The translations under genes and the position numbers were made by a program. This document shows, piece by piece, positions 39,993 through 58,243 of a stretch of DNA of 64,000 bases (position 1 is its first letter; the number at the start of each line of letters is the position of its first letter). Source of the DNA: Eledone cirrhosa (Eukaryota); contig OZ024742.1 in NCBI GenBank assembly GCA_964016885.1, positions 161,076,001 to 161,140,000 of the forward strand, in the 5' to 3' direction. The notes under the pieces were generated by a model. The model did not search any database. It saw only the letters and a program-made list of their open reading frames with translations, and was not told the origin of the DNA.

Positions 39993-41010
39993 TCTAATAT
40001 ATATTTGTGAAATGGGTGGTGGTTGAAATTCAGTTGTGCACGGTTAAATGGTAGTAGACGTGGTCGGACGGACATGAACATTTACACACCTATGAAAAAG
40101 TGCCAAGGAAGCAAATAGACGAGGTTTCAAATCTCTAACTTGAAAAATGTGGTCCCTAGGGCCCCCAAACGGTCTATTTAATATCGCTTCCGGTGAATTA
40201 TTTCCCCCTGTTCTAATACTTGGATGAGTTATTTTCCGTAGTCGCTTTCAATATTCATTGTCTTATTTACAATTTCATACAAATTTTTAAACTCATCAAT
40301 TTTTTCATAACATATCAAACACAACGTTCTTTCGCTGTTTTTGAAAAATATTATTGAAAGTTTATTATAAAGAATCAGTTTCAGGGAAAAAAATAGAAAT
40401 ATGCACTTGGGGCTGGACGGCGTACAATGAGAAGTGGAGCGACGTGAAAAGCGTTGTTTATTAACAGCGAAATAGCAATGTCGATGATATGCAAGTTTGA
40501 AAATGCAGATTATGAAGATTTGTATGATAGTTTACACTTTGAGTGCTCTGATCATCGACATTGATATTTCGCTGTTAATAAACAACGCTTTTCACGTCGC
40601 TCCACTTCTCATTGTACGCCGTCCAGCCCCAAGTGCATATTTCTATTTTTTTTCCTGAAACTGCTTCTTTATAATAAACTTTCAATAATATTTTTCAAAT
40701 TATTAACTTAATAAAAAAGTGGCCCCGGGTGCAACCGGGCTCAGCTGCTAGTCTAATATATATTTGTGAAATGGGTGGTGGTTGAAATTCAGTTGTGCAC
40801 GGTTAAATGGTAGTAGACGTGGTCGGGCGGACATGAAAATTTACACACCTATGTAAAATGTGCCAAGGAAGCAAATAGACGAGGTTTCAAATCTCTAACT
40901 TGAAAAATGTGGTCCCTGAGGCCCCCAAACGGTCTATTTACTATCGCGTTCGGTGAGTTATTTCCCCCTGTTCTAATACTTGGATGAGTTATTTACAATT
41001 TCATACAAAT
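39993..41010 (+). mobile_element. Tandem non-autonomous Helitron-like units; unit 1 carries a 149-bp-arm inverted repeat
   Basis: Unit 1 (39993-40751) starts TCTAATATATA and ends with CCCGG..CCGGG hairpin + CTAG. Unit 2 restarts at 40752. Inverted arms at 40340-40488 and 40551-40699. Confidence 0.7.
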
Positions 41011-41059
41011 AAAGCAGTAAATAAAGGATTATGAGTTCATGCAATTGACTTATGTTTCG

Positions 41060-41123
<64 letters not shown>

Positions 41124-42371
41124 GAAAACGCTTTAATAAAAAAAAATATCAACTGTAATGTATGTATGCATGTATTTATGTGTTTATATGAGCGGCGATA
41201 TGCAAGTAAATCTTACTTTGTGGACAGCTTGTCCTTAGCATAATATTCATGCTAGAACACCATATATTTGAAAGTTTTCAGGGAGTTGAATTACTGATTT
41301 TGGATCGGCAGCTTTAGCTTTGAAAAAATGAAATGTGCAGTGTAAACATTTTTTATTATTCCTCCGGGGATGAATCTTCTCTGCCTCTTTCCATCTCTTT
41401 CTTTCTCTCTGGAAGAAATCAGCCGTAGTAAGACCTAAAAAAATGGTTAGATACACCATCACGGTGGAGTTGAAAAGCAGGCTCAGAACATGGCGTTGTG
41501 TGGGGGTGGCTCGCAGCCCAATAATCCAGGGGGAGCAAAAGAAGAAGAAGAAGAAGAAGAAGAAGAAGAAGAAGAAGAAGAAGAAGAAGAAGAAGAAGAA
41601 GAAGAAGAAGAAGAAGAAGAAGAAGAAGGTGTGAGCTGGAGTCCTATCAAATATGTTGGTTGTGTCTTAAATTGAAGGTTTAGTAGAAACAATTCATGTA
41701 TAGTTTTGTACTTTTCTTTTTGTCATTCATATATAAACAAATCTACTATATGAATCGGAAGTGGTCGGATTTTGTATATGAGGTGTAGTCGGATAAATGT
41801 CGAAACGGCTTGGTGGAATGCAGCGAAAATTTACACAGTTATGCAGAATGACCCGAGGAGGCGTTGGGTCGATTTTCAAGCTACAAGCTTCCATAGTTAC
41901 GGAGAAAATCGATGAAACAGGAATTTCCCATTCAAATTGAACTGAGAGTAATCTGTGAACGCAGAAGTAAATATTTCGAGAAACGTTACAACCGAACGAA
42001 AACAGGAAGACGATATTTTGGTTCGTGAAGACGTTCCCTGGTAATGAACGGGAAAAAAGCGACGATAATGCGTCGTTATGTGGAGCGAGAAGAACAATTT
42101 CCTGCAAAGACAAGACCAAGTTTATGGTATAAATGGATTCGTTAGACTAATATTCTATTTAAAATAACAGAATGATTTCCAGTCCCGGAGTTTAAGAATG
42201 ATGTAAATAAAATTGAAAACGAAAATGACAGAGGTTATTAAAATAGTAAAAGTAAATAGTGAAGATTTAGGCCAGTACATACATATGCCCCGACGGACAT
42301 ACACGTACATACGCACACACAAATACATACCCCCCCCCCCCCTCCACACACACACACACGAACGCACGCGC

Positions 42372-47105
<4,734 letters not shown>

Positions 47106-47176
47106 TTTGTAATAAACGAAGCCAAATTTTACATATTTGACTTAATTATTTTATATATATATATCCCTCAATCTTT

Positions 47177-47245
<69 letters not shown>

Positions 47246-47491
47246 ATTGGTAGTATTTACATCACGAAATAGTTAAGGAGAAAGTTTTGAAACAATATTT
47301 GAAATATGTCTGTCTGTGTTTGTTCGTGTGAGTGATTATGAATGTGTGTGCGTGTTTCTGTGTGTGTGTATGTGTCTATGAGTGTGTATATTTGTTTGTG
47401 TGTGTCCGTAGCTGCGTGGGTGTGTATCTATGTGTGTCTATATGTCTGTGTTCGTGTCTGTATGTGCCTCTGTGCCTGTTTAAATTAACAT

Positions 47492-47890
47492 ACCATCATC
47501 ATCATAATTATTATCTTAATCATCATCATCATCATTATGATTAGAAGGAGCTGCATCGTCTTTCCCATCGCTATCATCATTATTATCATCACCATAATCA
47601 TCAACACCCTTATCATCATCACCATCAGCAGCAGCAGCACCATCATCATCATCATCATCCAGATCAACATCATCCCGACCACCACCTTCAACACCGTCAC
47701 CAGGGCCAGAATCATCATCATCATCATCATCACCGAAATCATTACCATCATCTTCATCATCATCGTCATCATCCTTATCATCATAAACATCATCACCATC
47801 ATCATCAACATCCTCCTCCTCCTCCCCCTTCTCCTCCTCCTCATCATCATCATCAGCAGCAGCAGCATCATCATCATCATCACCATCTTT
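47492..47890. repeat. Degenerate (CAT)n/(CAC)n tract; a similar tract lies at 57700-57880
   Basis: Read directly. Confidence 0.9.
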
Positions 47891-48382
47891 ACAATGAGCA
47901 TGAGATACAGCTGTTGTTTCAACATGCTGTTAATGATTTCTTTACATAATAATAATTTGTTCTACGTTTGGCACAAGGCCAGCAATTACCCAGTGTATTT
48001 CTGGTTCTTTATTTTATCGACCCCCGTAAGGATGAAAGGCAAAGTTAACCTCGGCGGGATTTGAACTCAGAATGGCAAGGGCCGTAACTATGCGTCAAAG
48101 CATGGCGTCCGACCCTCTACCAATACTGCCAGTCCAGCTGTTATAATAATAATTGTTTCTACTTTTGGCACAAGGCCAGCAATTATCCAGTGTATTACTG
48201 GTACTTTATTTTATCGACCCCCGTAAAGATGAAAGGCAGAGTTAACCTCGGCGGGATTTGAAATAATGATGATAACATGAACACAGTCGTCACATGTACA
48301 AGATTTCCAACACTAAACATATACTCACATATTTATACACATCCACACACACGGGTGTACACAACTAAAACCATATATATAC

Positions 48383-48474
<92 letters not shown>

Positions 48475-48854
48475 GGGGAGCATGTGTGTATATATAGATG
48501 TGTGTGTGTGTGTGTATTTATGCGTGTATATGTGTGTGTGAGTGTGTATATATATATACATACATTATATATATACATATATATAGATAGATAGACACAC
48601 TGAGAGGGCGCACGCACACACACATATATATGTATGTATATACATACACATATACATATCTACATATAAATACATATGTATATACATAATTATCTAGATA
48701 TTCACATTTACAATAATTCTGTGTATTTATTAAAAGTATAGGAATTAACTGTGTGGTAACCTAAATTTCTTCACTACCTTAAGCACCATTTAAGATGGGA
48801 TTTAGATTGCAGTGTGTGCTACATTTATACCATATTTTATTTATATTATATTTA

Positions 48855-48946
<92 letters not shown>

Positions 48947-49112
48947 CGTGTGTGTACATATGATTATATATACATACAGATATATAAAAATGTAAATGTG
49001 TATGTGTATTTATGTGTATGTGTATTTATATATATATACTTATATCTTTATATATATGTCTACATATATATATATATATACTAATACATAGATATATATG
49101 TATATGTGTGTA

Positions 49113-49251
<139 letters not shown>

Positions 49252-49608
49252 TAATAGATATATAAGAGGCCACACGTTTCCTTAATATCCTGCTGGTATA
49301 TGCTATTAATTGTCTTCCAAACAGATTTCCATTTTCCACTTTCATTTGAGGCCAAGCCACTCTCTTCTTCATACTTTACTTTTGTAAGCATTTCTTTAAT
49401 TCGAGAACTCATAATTGTGTTTATATACGTGTGTATGTGTAAGTGGGAGAGTGGAAGTATTTCTATTGCACACATACTTACACACTCACAAACATAGTCA
49501 TAGATACACACACGCTTACACACATACACAAATATACATATATATATATGGGTGTGTGTGTGTGTTTGTGTGTGTGTGTCTATATATACATTCACACACA
49601 TATATAAT

Positions 49609-49654
<46 letters not shown>

Positions 49655-49661
<7 letters not shown>

Positions 49662-50309
49662 ATTCTTTGGGAGAGTCATGTTGCCAATAAGAAACACACG
49701 CACCAATTGCTTTCACTCCAATTTATTATAAATTAAATTTATAAATTTCCGGTTGGTTGGTTCCATAACCGGACGGTGGTTCATATATTGTCAAAGTTCT
49801 TTCGTCACACATTATGTGACCTCTTCAGTGACTGGGATTCTTTTCTTTGTTTTGTACTACCTCTCCTTTGTTCTGTCCTACGCCATCTTGTTTTTGTGTG
49901 TGATGTGTGCTAGGTTTGCGCATGTGTTATATCCGGGTGTCTGTGTGTGTTTTTTATTTGTTTATTTATTTTTTTATTTACTACATGTTACTAGTTAGTT
50001 GTTTGTTCTATGTGTGTGTGTGTGTTTTCATTTTGTCCTTGTAAGTTGTGATGTTGCTATTCCATTCATGTTTTCTATTTAATTTTGGTTGGAGTTCATT
50101 TATGTTTATTGCCTGTGTGATTTGTCTAAACATTGCGTCTTTTCTGTGTGTAGATTCTATTTTTATTTCTATGTTCTCTAACTTGCCCTTATGTTCTTTT
50201 TTAGCATGTTGGTGGAGTATTGATAATTCGTTTTTATCTTGAAGTTCTCGCCAGTGTTCATTTAACCGTTTTCCTATGCTATGAATATTGCTAAACAAAT
50301 TCAGAAACG

Positions 50310-50310
<1 letters not shown>
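49655..50310 (-). mobile_element. Third PLE family: GIY-YIG C-terminal fragment + pLTR with hammerhead
   Basis: SIGKRLNEHWRE...SILHQHAKKEH...RQITQAININELQPKLNRKHEW in ORF 50008-50397. Short inverted 3' terminus at 50284-50310. (TA)n flanks. Confidence 0.8.
49790..49832 (-). ncRNA. Minimal type I hammerhead ribozyme
   Basis: GTCA-CTGAAGA-G-GTCACAT AAT GTGTGAC-GAAA-GAAC-TT-TGAC. Confidence 0.78.
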
Positions 50311-50379
<69 letters not shown>

Positions 50380-50570
50380 GTATATTTGCATACACAATAG
50401 ACCCTAGAAGAATATACAATTTATAATCCTACAATTATGTTTGCAGTTATATATAATATATATAAAATACACTCACATAGTTTTGTATATATAAATATAT
50501 AATAAATATATATATATACATACACATACATGTGTATGTATATATATATATATATATGTGTGTGTGTATA

Positions 50571-50603
<33 letters not shown>

Positions 50604-50628
50604 ATATATATATACATATATATGTATG

Positions 50629-50726
<98 letters not shown>

Positions 50727-51059
50727 ATATATAATATGAACACAGACAACGAGGATAAAAAACACTGGAAGATCGGCGCAATAAGGCTTAAACAGAAACC
50801 TCCCTAGATATATATAAATATATTATATAAATATATTATATAAATATATATATATATAACTTTTTGGTAGTATCGGTAGAGGGTTGGATGCTATGATTTC
50901 TAGCATAGTTACGTCCCTTTACGGTCTGAGTTCAAATCCCGCCGAGGTTAACTCTGCCTTTCATCCTTACGGGGGTCGATAAAATAAAGTACCAGTAATG
51001 TACTGGGTAATTGTTGGCCTTGTGCCAAAAGTAGAAACAATTATATAAATATATATATC

Positions 51060-51616
51060 TTTCGAGAGATATCCACACCATTATCCTTCTCTACTTTTGC
51101 TCGACCTCACCTTGAATAGAGTTGCCCACTGTGGTCTCCCTACACGAAACAAACTATCATGAAATTTGATGCATCTCAAATGTCAATAAAAAAAAAGATA
51201 GACAGCATGACAGGGCTTCACTATTGAGGTCGGCTAGAAAAGCTCAAACTCTATTCTCTCTAACGCCGTGAGCGCTACATTACCTGCATGATGTGGAAAA
51301 TATTGGGCCCCGTGTTATCCGCGCACAGCAAAAATCAAGCTCGCATTTCATAACAACAATACGACACAATTATTTCACCTCAATTCTTCCCACTATCTTT
51401 AACATTACACCAAAACACATTCAAATCTTTGGACAAATTTCTCCAAAAAATCCCTGATAAACCTCCTACACCCAGATATGTCTCTGTAAACAATAACTCT
51501 CTACTTGAGTGGGCCATGGTGTCCAAATCCTGATTTGAAAAACTTCGCGATGTGGTGCTATTAAGTTAGGTGTGGCCTGAGGCAATATTGGCAGAAACCT
51601 ATCAAATTTATCAAAG

Positions 51617-51617
<1 letters not shown>
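51060..51617 (+). pseudogene. 3' end of a CR1/L2-like LINE, decayed
   Basis: Reads GLHY*GRLEKLKLYSL*RRERYITCMMWKIL (Y.ERL..L.LYSL.RRR motif). Short (TATCAAA) repeat tail. Confidence 0.65.
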
Positions 51618-51696
<79 letters not shown>

Positions 51697-51737
51697 AGAG
51701 AGAAAGAGAGAGATAGATAGATAGATAGAGAGAGAGA

Positions 51738-51775
<38 letters not shown>

Positions 51776-52210
51776 GAGGAGGAGAGGAGTATTAAAAAAT
51801 CGACTTCCATATGCAGTTGTATTCAGATTTATTTTCATATACATATTCCACAGAGGTCGACGGCTAGGTAGTTTTCTTCCTACCCATTCCAGTCGCCTGC
51901 CCTCGTCAGATGGAATAAAACTATTTAAGCAATTTCGCACAACTTTATTTTTTATTTAATTTCTCAAAGAATTTCAAAGAATTCCCTAGAAAATATTTTT
52001 TTTTATGATGCATGGAAACGATAGTATGTGTTGATGTTTCTATGCCAGCTGGCCTCTGCATGACCCTTCGCGCTGAGGTGGAAGTGTGAGTCTGCCCCAG
52101 GTATCACATCACTTCCACTGGATATCGAAAATAGCAAGTCATCGTTATAGCAGCTGATTCTACAAGTAGCCCGCCTCAATCTTTCACCCTGCCTGGCTGT
52201 GGTTGTTATA

Positions 52211-52863
52211 ATAATTGTTTCTACTTTTGGCATAGGCCAGCAATTATTCCAGTGTATTACTGGTACTTTATTTTATCGACCCCGTAAGGATGAAAGGCAA
52301 AGTTAACCTCGGTGGGATTTGAACTCAGATCATAAAGGGTCGTAACTCTATGCTTCAAAGCATGGCGTCCGATCCTCTACCGATACTGTCAATCCACCTG
52401 CTATAATAATTGTTTCTACTTTTGGCACAAGGCCAGCAAATACCCAGTGCATTACTGGTACTTTATTTTATCGACCCCGTAAGGATGAAAGGCAAAGTTA
52501 ACCTCGGTGGGATTTGAACTCAGATCATAAAGGGCCGTAACTCTATGCTTCAAAGCATGGCGTCCGATCCTCTACCGATACTGTCAATCCACCTGCTATA
52601 ATAATTATTTCTACTTTTGGCACAAGGCCAGCAAATACCCAGTGCATTACTGGTACTTTATTTTATCCACCTGTTATAATAATTGTTTCTACTTTTGGCA
52701 CAAGGCCAGCAATTACCCAGCACATTACTGGTACTTTATTTTATCGAGCCCGTAAGGATGAAAGGCAAAGTTAACCTCGGGGGGATTTGAACTCAGAATG
52801 GAAAGGACCGTAACTATTTGCGTCAAAGCATGGCGTCCGACTCTCTGCCGATACTGCCAATCC
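52211..52863 (-). repeat. Head-to-tail tandem array of SINE family A
   Basis: Units start at 52211, 52406, 52601 (internally deleted, 78 bp) and 52679. Period 195 bp. A dimer also occurs at 47956-48262. Confidence 0.88.
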
Positions 52864-53118
52864 ATAATAATATTCACAGATAATCCCCCATAATTCTATA
52901 ACTGTTGTATAACTGCTCCAAATTCTAAATTTGTTGAGCTGCTTAAACTGTGACAAGTACTTCTCGTCTTTCTAGCGGTTATGACGTCCAGCCCTATTTG
53001 TATTTATCGGGACAGTTAAAACATTCCCTAACACCATATGGTGTATTGTTTTAACTAACTCTGATTCCGACATATATGAAGGTATTTTGTATTGTATTGA
53101 AACTTACCCAAAGACGAA

Positions 53119-53240
53119 TCCTCTGATGATTAGTTCGTGTCTTCCGTAGCTTTTCTAAAATCGATAGTTGATAAACGTCAATCGATTACTTAGATAGATC
53201 TTTGCTTCGGTTTACGAACTATGAAACGGTACCGTAAGGA
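53119..53240 (+). ncRNA. Type I hammerhead ribozyme with a very long stem II
   Basis: TCCT-CTGATGA-T-TAGTTCGT...(~75 nt)...ACGAACTA-T-GAAA-CGGTACCG-TA-AGGA. Palindromic stem III ACGGTACCGT. Confidence 0.83.
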
Positions 53241-53375
53241 AAATAATGGCTTTTCCGCCTTAAATTAAGTACTTTCTCCTCAATATTATATGCTTTATAT
53301 TTATGTACAAAATACTATATATTTCTCAAACGATACATGGCTCTTTCTCTCTTTATCTCCACATATATCTTTTAA

Positions 53376-53943
53376 CCTCAGTTTCCTCTGTGACACTTTT
53401 GAGCTAACTTTTGGGAGGCTCCCATACAGCTCTGAGTTTTTCATCCTCAGTGTATACTGAGTAATGTTCAGAGCCATCCTCAGTATTCTCGTGTAGCACC
53501 CATCCACCATCTGAGTGAGTTTCTTGGTCAGTGTCCAAGTCTCAGACCCGTACAGCAGCACAGACTCCACTACAGCAATGAAGAGGCGGATCTTCAGGTC
53601 TTTACGAAGGTCCGACTTCCACACCGATCTCAAGCTGTGGCACGCTGCCCAGGCTTTGCTCTTCCTTTCGACCACATCCTCTTCCGTATTCCCAATCTTT
53701 GCTCCCAAATACAGGAAGTCCTTACCGACATCCAGAGTTGACACTGCACTCAGTGCTCCTGTGTGGCCCTTGCATGGACACACTGGAAGAGGAAGACCGA
53801 GGTTAACATATGTTGATGCCCAAAGGACAGTCACTGGCCTGTTGGAGACGCAGGACATGGTAACGATAATGAGGGACAGAGACCGCTGGAGATAACTTGT
53901 CCATGGATCTCGGGAATTTTACCCGCCCTAGATAGATAGATAG
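53376..53943. mobile_element. RTE-clade LINE 3' fragment with 5' inversion and 11-bp TSD
   Basis: Minus strand 53376-53725: DFLYLG...ESVLLYGSETWTLT...YTRILRMALNI...QRKLR. Plus strand 53726-53895: RHPELTLHSVLL/RGRPRLTYVD...DRDRWR. (TAGA)n tail. TSD ATATCTTTTAA at 53365-53375 and 53944-53954. Confidence 0.88.
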
Positions 53944-53989
53944 ATATCTTTTAATTTAAATTATATATATATAAATGTGTGTGTGTGTG

Positions 53990-54022
<33 letters not shown>

Positions 54023-54027
<5 letters not shown>

Positions 54028-55009
54028 AACCAGTAAGACCCCGACAGCTGAGCTCAAGCCGTTTCGACGGCTAATTCTGGACTAAATGAAAATTTATCCT
54101 GGTATTTAAATAGCCGATCTTCTCAAGGGGTAATTCCATATATGGTCAAAGTGATTGTCAAAAATCAGTAGTAATTCTGTGGTTGCAAATTAGTAGGGGA
54201 GATGGTGGCTAAACCTGCCAGTAGGAGAAAGAGGGGAGGGGTGGAGTAGCCCCAATCAAGCGTTTGTAGTGCCAGCTACAGCTGGGCATGAGGTCAAAGA
54301 AGATACAGGGGAGGGGGGGGGGGGAAGTCGGAACGGTAGGTAGAACAATGGGGGGTAGAAATATATAGGAAAGAAAAAATACTGAGAGTGAAAAAAAGCA
54401 AATAAGTGTAAAGAAAAACAAATGAGTGTAAAGAATAAAGTAAAGTAAATTAAATTCTACGACCTAGGTCTCTAGCTATTGTTAGGCTAGAATAAATAAA
54501 TAAATTAAGAAAGAAAGAAGTAAAGAAAGAAATAAAGAAATAACGAAATAAGTAAAAGAACTAGGTGGGACGGAATAGGCGAGGACCCTTTTAAGAGGTA
54601 TAAGTACGTAAATGATACGGTGACGGGTCAACAAAAGGGGCCAAAATACTAAAGAGACTACCACGAAATAAACAATAAAGGTTTCCATCCCGGGCACAAT
54701 TCCAGCAACCACCCAGTGCAGCAAAGTGAACTAATACGAGATAATAATTCTGAGTCCCGAGAAAAATATATACTAATGCTAACTCTAAAAGATCTAAAAC
54801 AAGCTACAAGGGACTCAGAATTATTATCTCGTATTAGTTCACTTTGCTGCACTGGGTGGTTGCTGGAATTGTGCCCGGGATGGAAACCTTTATTGTTTAT
54901 TTCGTGGTAGTCTCTTTAGTATTTTGGCCCCTTTTGTTGACCCGTCACCGTATCATTTACGTACTTATACCTCTTAAAAGGGTCCTCGCCTATTCCGTCC
55001 CACCTAGTT
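54023..55009 (-). mobile_element. PLE-like element with decayed hammerhead and a 200-bp-arm fold-back
   Basis: Hammerhead-like 54038-54131 (ACCCC-TTGAGAA-GATCGGCTA...TAGCCGTC-GAAA-CGGC...GCTG-TC-GGGGT). Arms at 54559-54758 and 54810-55009. Confidence 0.65.
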
Positions 55010-55027
55010 TATTATTATTACTATATC

Positions 55028-55058
<31 letters not shown>

Positions 55059-55388
55059 AGTGTAACTAGAAGTTACTGCAGGTTCACCTGGGTGAGCACT
55101 CGATGTTTAGGTTCACTTCTGTGTTGAGGTGTAGAGCTATACAGAGTGTAATTTTAAAGCATTTTAAAGCGTCCGTCGAGCTGCCGATTATAGAGTCGGG
55201 TAAGATCGATACAGATCGAACCTTGAGCTGATAAATGTAATGAAGGAGTAACCAATCGTCCTTGTTATCCTTTCAATATATATATATATATATATATACC
55301 CGCCCTAGATAGATAGATATCTTTTAATTTAAATTATATATATATATATAAATATATATAAATGTGTGTGTGTGTGTGAATATATTAT

Positions 55389-55450
<62 letters not shown>

Positions 55451-57438
55451 TGTGTGTGGGGGGGTGTGGGGGGGTGTTTCTGCGTACGTGTGTATGTGGG
55501 TTGTGACCTCAATCATTACTACATGGCGTGACCACACTGCTCTACATGAGTTCCAAGCTCAGCTGGCTCCGGTTAACAGTACCTAAAACGGTCCCTGTCC
55601 TGGGTAACGGAGCCCCACATCGAGATGATAAGTTAATTTTCGGTTTGTGCTGAGAAAGGAGGATGGATGAAGCACACTATTAGCAACCTAACCTCCATTA
55701 ATCAAAATTGTTACCGAAACGATTAGCAGATCCAATCATTAATGAAGATATCTCGTCGCCCAAGAAGATATACATGCGCGCGTGAACGACGTCAATCTCG
55801 CCTGTGTGGGAGTAGGGTTCTGAAGCCATGGACTCTACCCCTTCCACCAGACATACTAAGTATAAAATAAACACTTATTACACATTAATTTAACATGAAG
55901 GATATTCAGTTGAGCGAACATCTGTATTATTCATCGTCGAAACTGACGGAGGATCCAGCAACGACGTAAATTGGTTGAAATGAAATAATTACAACCAGGA
56001 ACTGAGTTCTGGTTGCAATCTCAGCTTATCTTGAACATGATTCTTGCTTTACAGAATTCTTGTTTAAATTAGATATTACACAGCCAGTATCGATGGTATT
56101 TTGCTTTCATTTCTAAAGTACTTTTAAAGTGAATTCCATATTTTGATTTAACTCTTAAAGTCCTGTGCTACTTGAAGCTGCATTAGCGAAATTAGAAACA
56201 GCATGGCTTTGAAAATTAAAGACTTTGCTCTAATACTGCAAACTTTTACGACAATCTGTCAACTAGTAAAGAGGCTATAAACATTTGAATTTGGTTGTGT
56301 TCAGAACTGGAGAGGGTATAGGCTCTGCCAAGTTTAAAATGCCCAAGACATACTGTATATCACTACAGCGCCCCCTACGACTCCATCAGGAGTTATGGGT
56401 CCATACATACATACAAACATTTGAATTAACAAACAACCTCTCTTTTAAATATTTTCTGCTAAATCATTACAGGATGTTAATAGTTAAATAGCCTTGTTGT
56501 ACAGTAAGTGAAAGCTCTTGGCCTTGTTATAATGTGGGTATTGGGCTCACGATCGTAAAGTCATGGGTTCGATTCATAGATTGGGCAGTGTCCTGTATCC
56601 TTGAGCAAGAGACTTCTTTTTATGTTACACCAGTCCACTTCGATTTTAAAAATGAGTACTAGTAGCAGCAGCTGGAGGTTAATCTTGCTACTGACAGTCA
56701 TTTAACGCTAATGAAAACGCGATAAGCTCCAGTCTAGTAAACCTTTGGTCTTGGGACCGGCTTTTAGCTATGATATAGTTAGTACAAGGTGGCGAAGTGA
56801 CAGTCAGATAGAATGCTTTGCAGTATTCGTTCCGGCTTGTGCGCTCTGAATACAAAACCCACTGTGGTCAACTTTGCCTTCCATCCTTTCGAAGTCGATA
56901 AAAAAAAGTATCAGTTGAGTAGTGGGGTTGATTCTTCCTCTAATATCTCTTTCTAACTTCATCTCTATCACTCTCCTACTCTCTCCTTCTTTCTTCCAAG
57001 AAATAGGTTGTGTTCAGGTATAAAATGCCCAAGACAGCAACCCAACGATTCCACTAGGAGTTACAAGTCAATACGCTCAAAGTAAATTCACGGAATTTCT
57101 CCCTCCCCTCCCTCTCTTTTTCTTTCGTGTAGGTTATTTAACATCGTTTAAGTCATACCAAATTTATATAAACAAAATGTTTCATACTTAAATTTGTTGT
57201 GCTTCTTTTAGTGGTGGTTGTTGTGGCTAGTTGGTTGGTTGGTTGGCTGGTTGGTCGTTGGTTTTCTGGCTGGCTGGTTGGTTGGTTGGCTGGTTGGTTA
57301 GCTGGTTGGTTCGTTGGTTTTCTGGCTGGCTGGCTGGTTGGTTGGTTATTTCTATTACTGAACACTGCTAATGTACTTCACAATCACACGCGCGCGCATA
57401 CACATACACACACAGATACAGACATACACACACACACA

Positions 57439-57519
<81 letters not shown>

Positions 57520-58243
57520 TCTCCAATAACAGTTGTAGTCATCACCGTTTTTATGACATAATAATTACAACAGAATTCTCTAATGGATATGCCATCTTCA
57601 AAAAAGCAGTCTCTTTATTATTATTATCACTATTATTATCACTGTTATTATTTCTTTAGCAGGAAGTACGCCTTGAAAGAAATGGTACCTCCGTCTTACC
57701 CTATCACCTTCACCATCATCCCCATCAGCCCCATCACCATCACCATCATCATCATTATCGTCACCATCACCTTCACCCCCATCACCATCGCCATCACCAT
57801 CGCCATCATCATCACCATCACTTTCACCATCATCGCTATCATCATCACCATCATCACATCACCACCATCACCATCATTCTCTATTTCAACGTCACCTTTC
57901 TTAACCACAGTATGCACTGTGGTTGCTGTCTATTGTGTCGCAATTGAGAGTGAAGATTGAAGAAACGTGACTTACTTCCAAGTTGTATAACTGCTGTTTG
58001 ACGATGAAAAGTTGAAGAAGATTCGAAGGCTTACCACCCTTGTTTCCACTTGAAAGCCTTGATGTAGCATATCATTTACGGGCGAGATATTCAGAATGAT
58101 AAATCAATAAAATTTTCAATTTAAAATCTCCTGTAGCGTCTCAAAAATAAAAAATAAAAACAGAGGACCAGGTGGTCTTTGACAACTAACACATACTTCA
58201 AACCTAATACAATTGTTTTGCAGTATTTTTCCGCTTCTAATAT

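Noticed and set aside
52211-52863. CRISPR-like array
   Set aside because: The units are whole SINE copies with no unique spacers, the context is eukaryotic and there are no cas genes.
54482-55056. Duplicated small ORFs (MLHWVVAG..., MQQSELIRD...) as genes
   Set aside because: They are identical on both strands only because of the palindrome, and have no recognisable domain.
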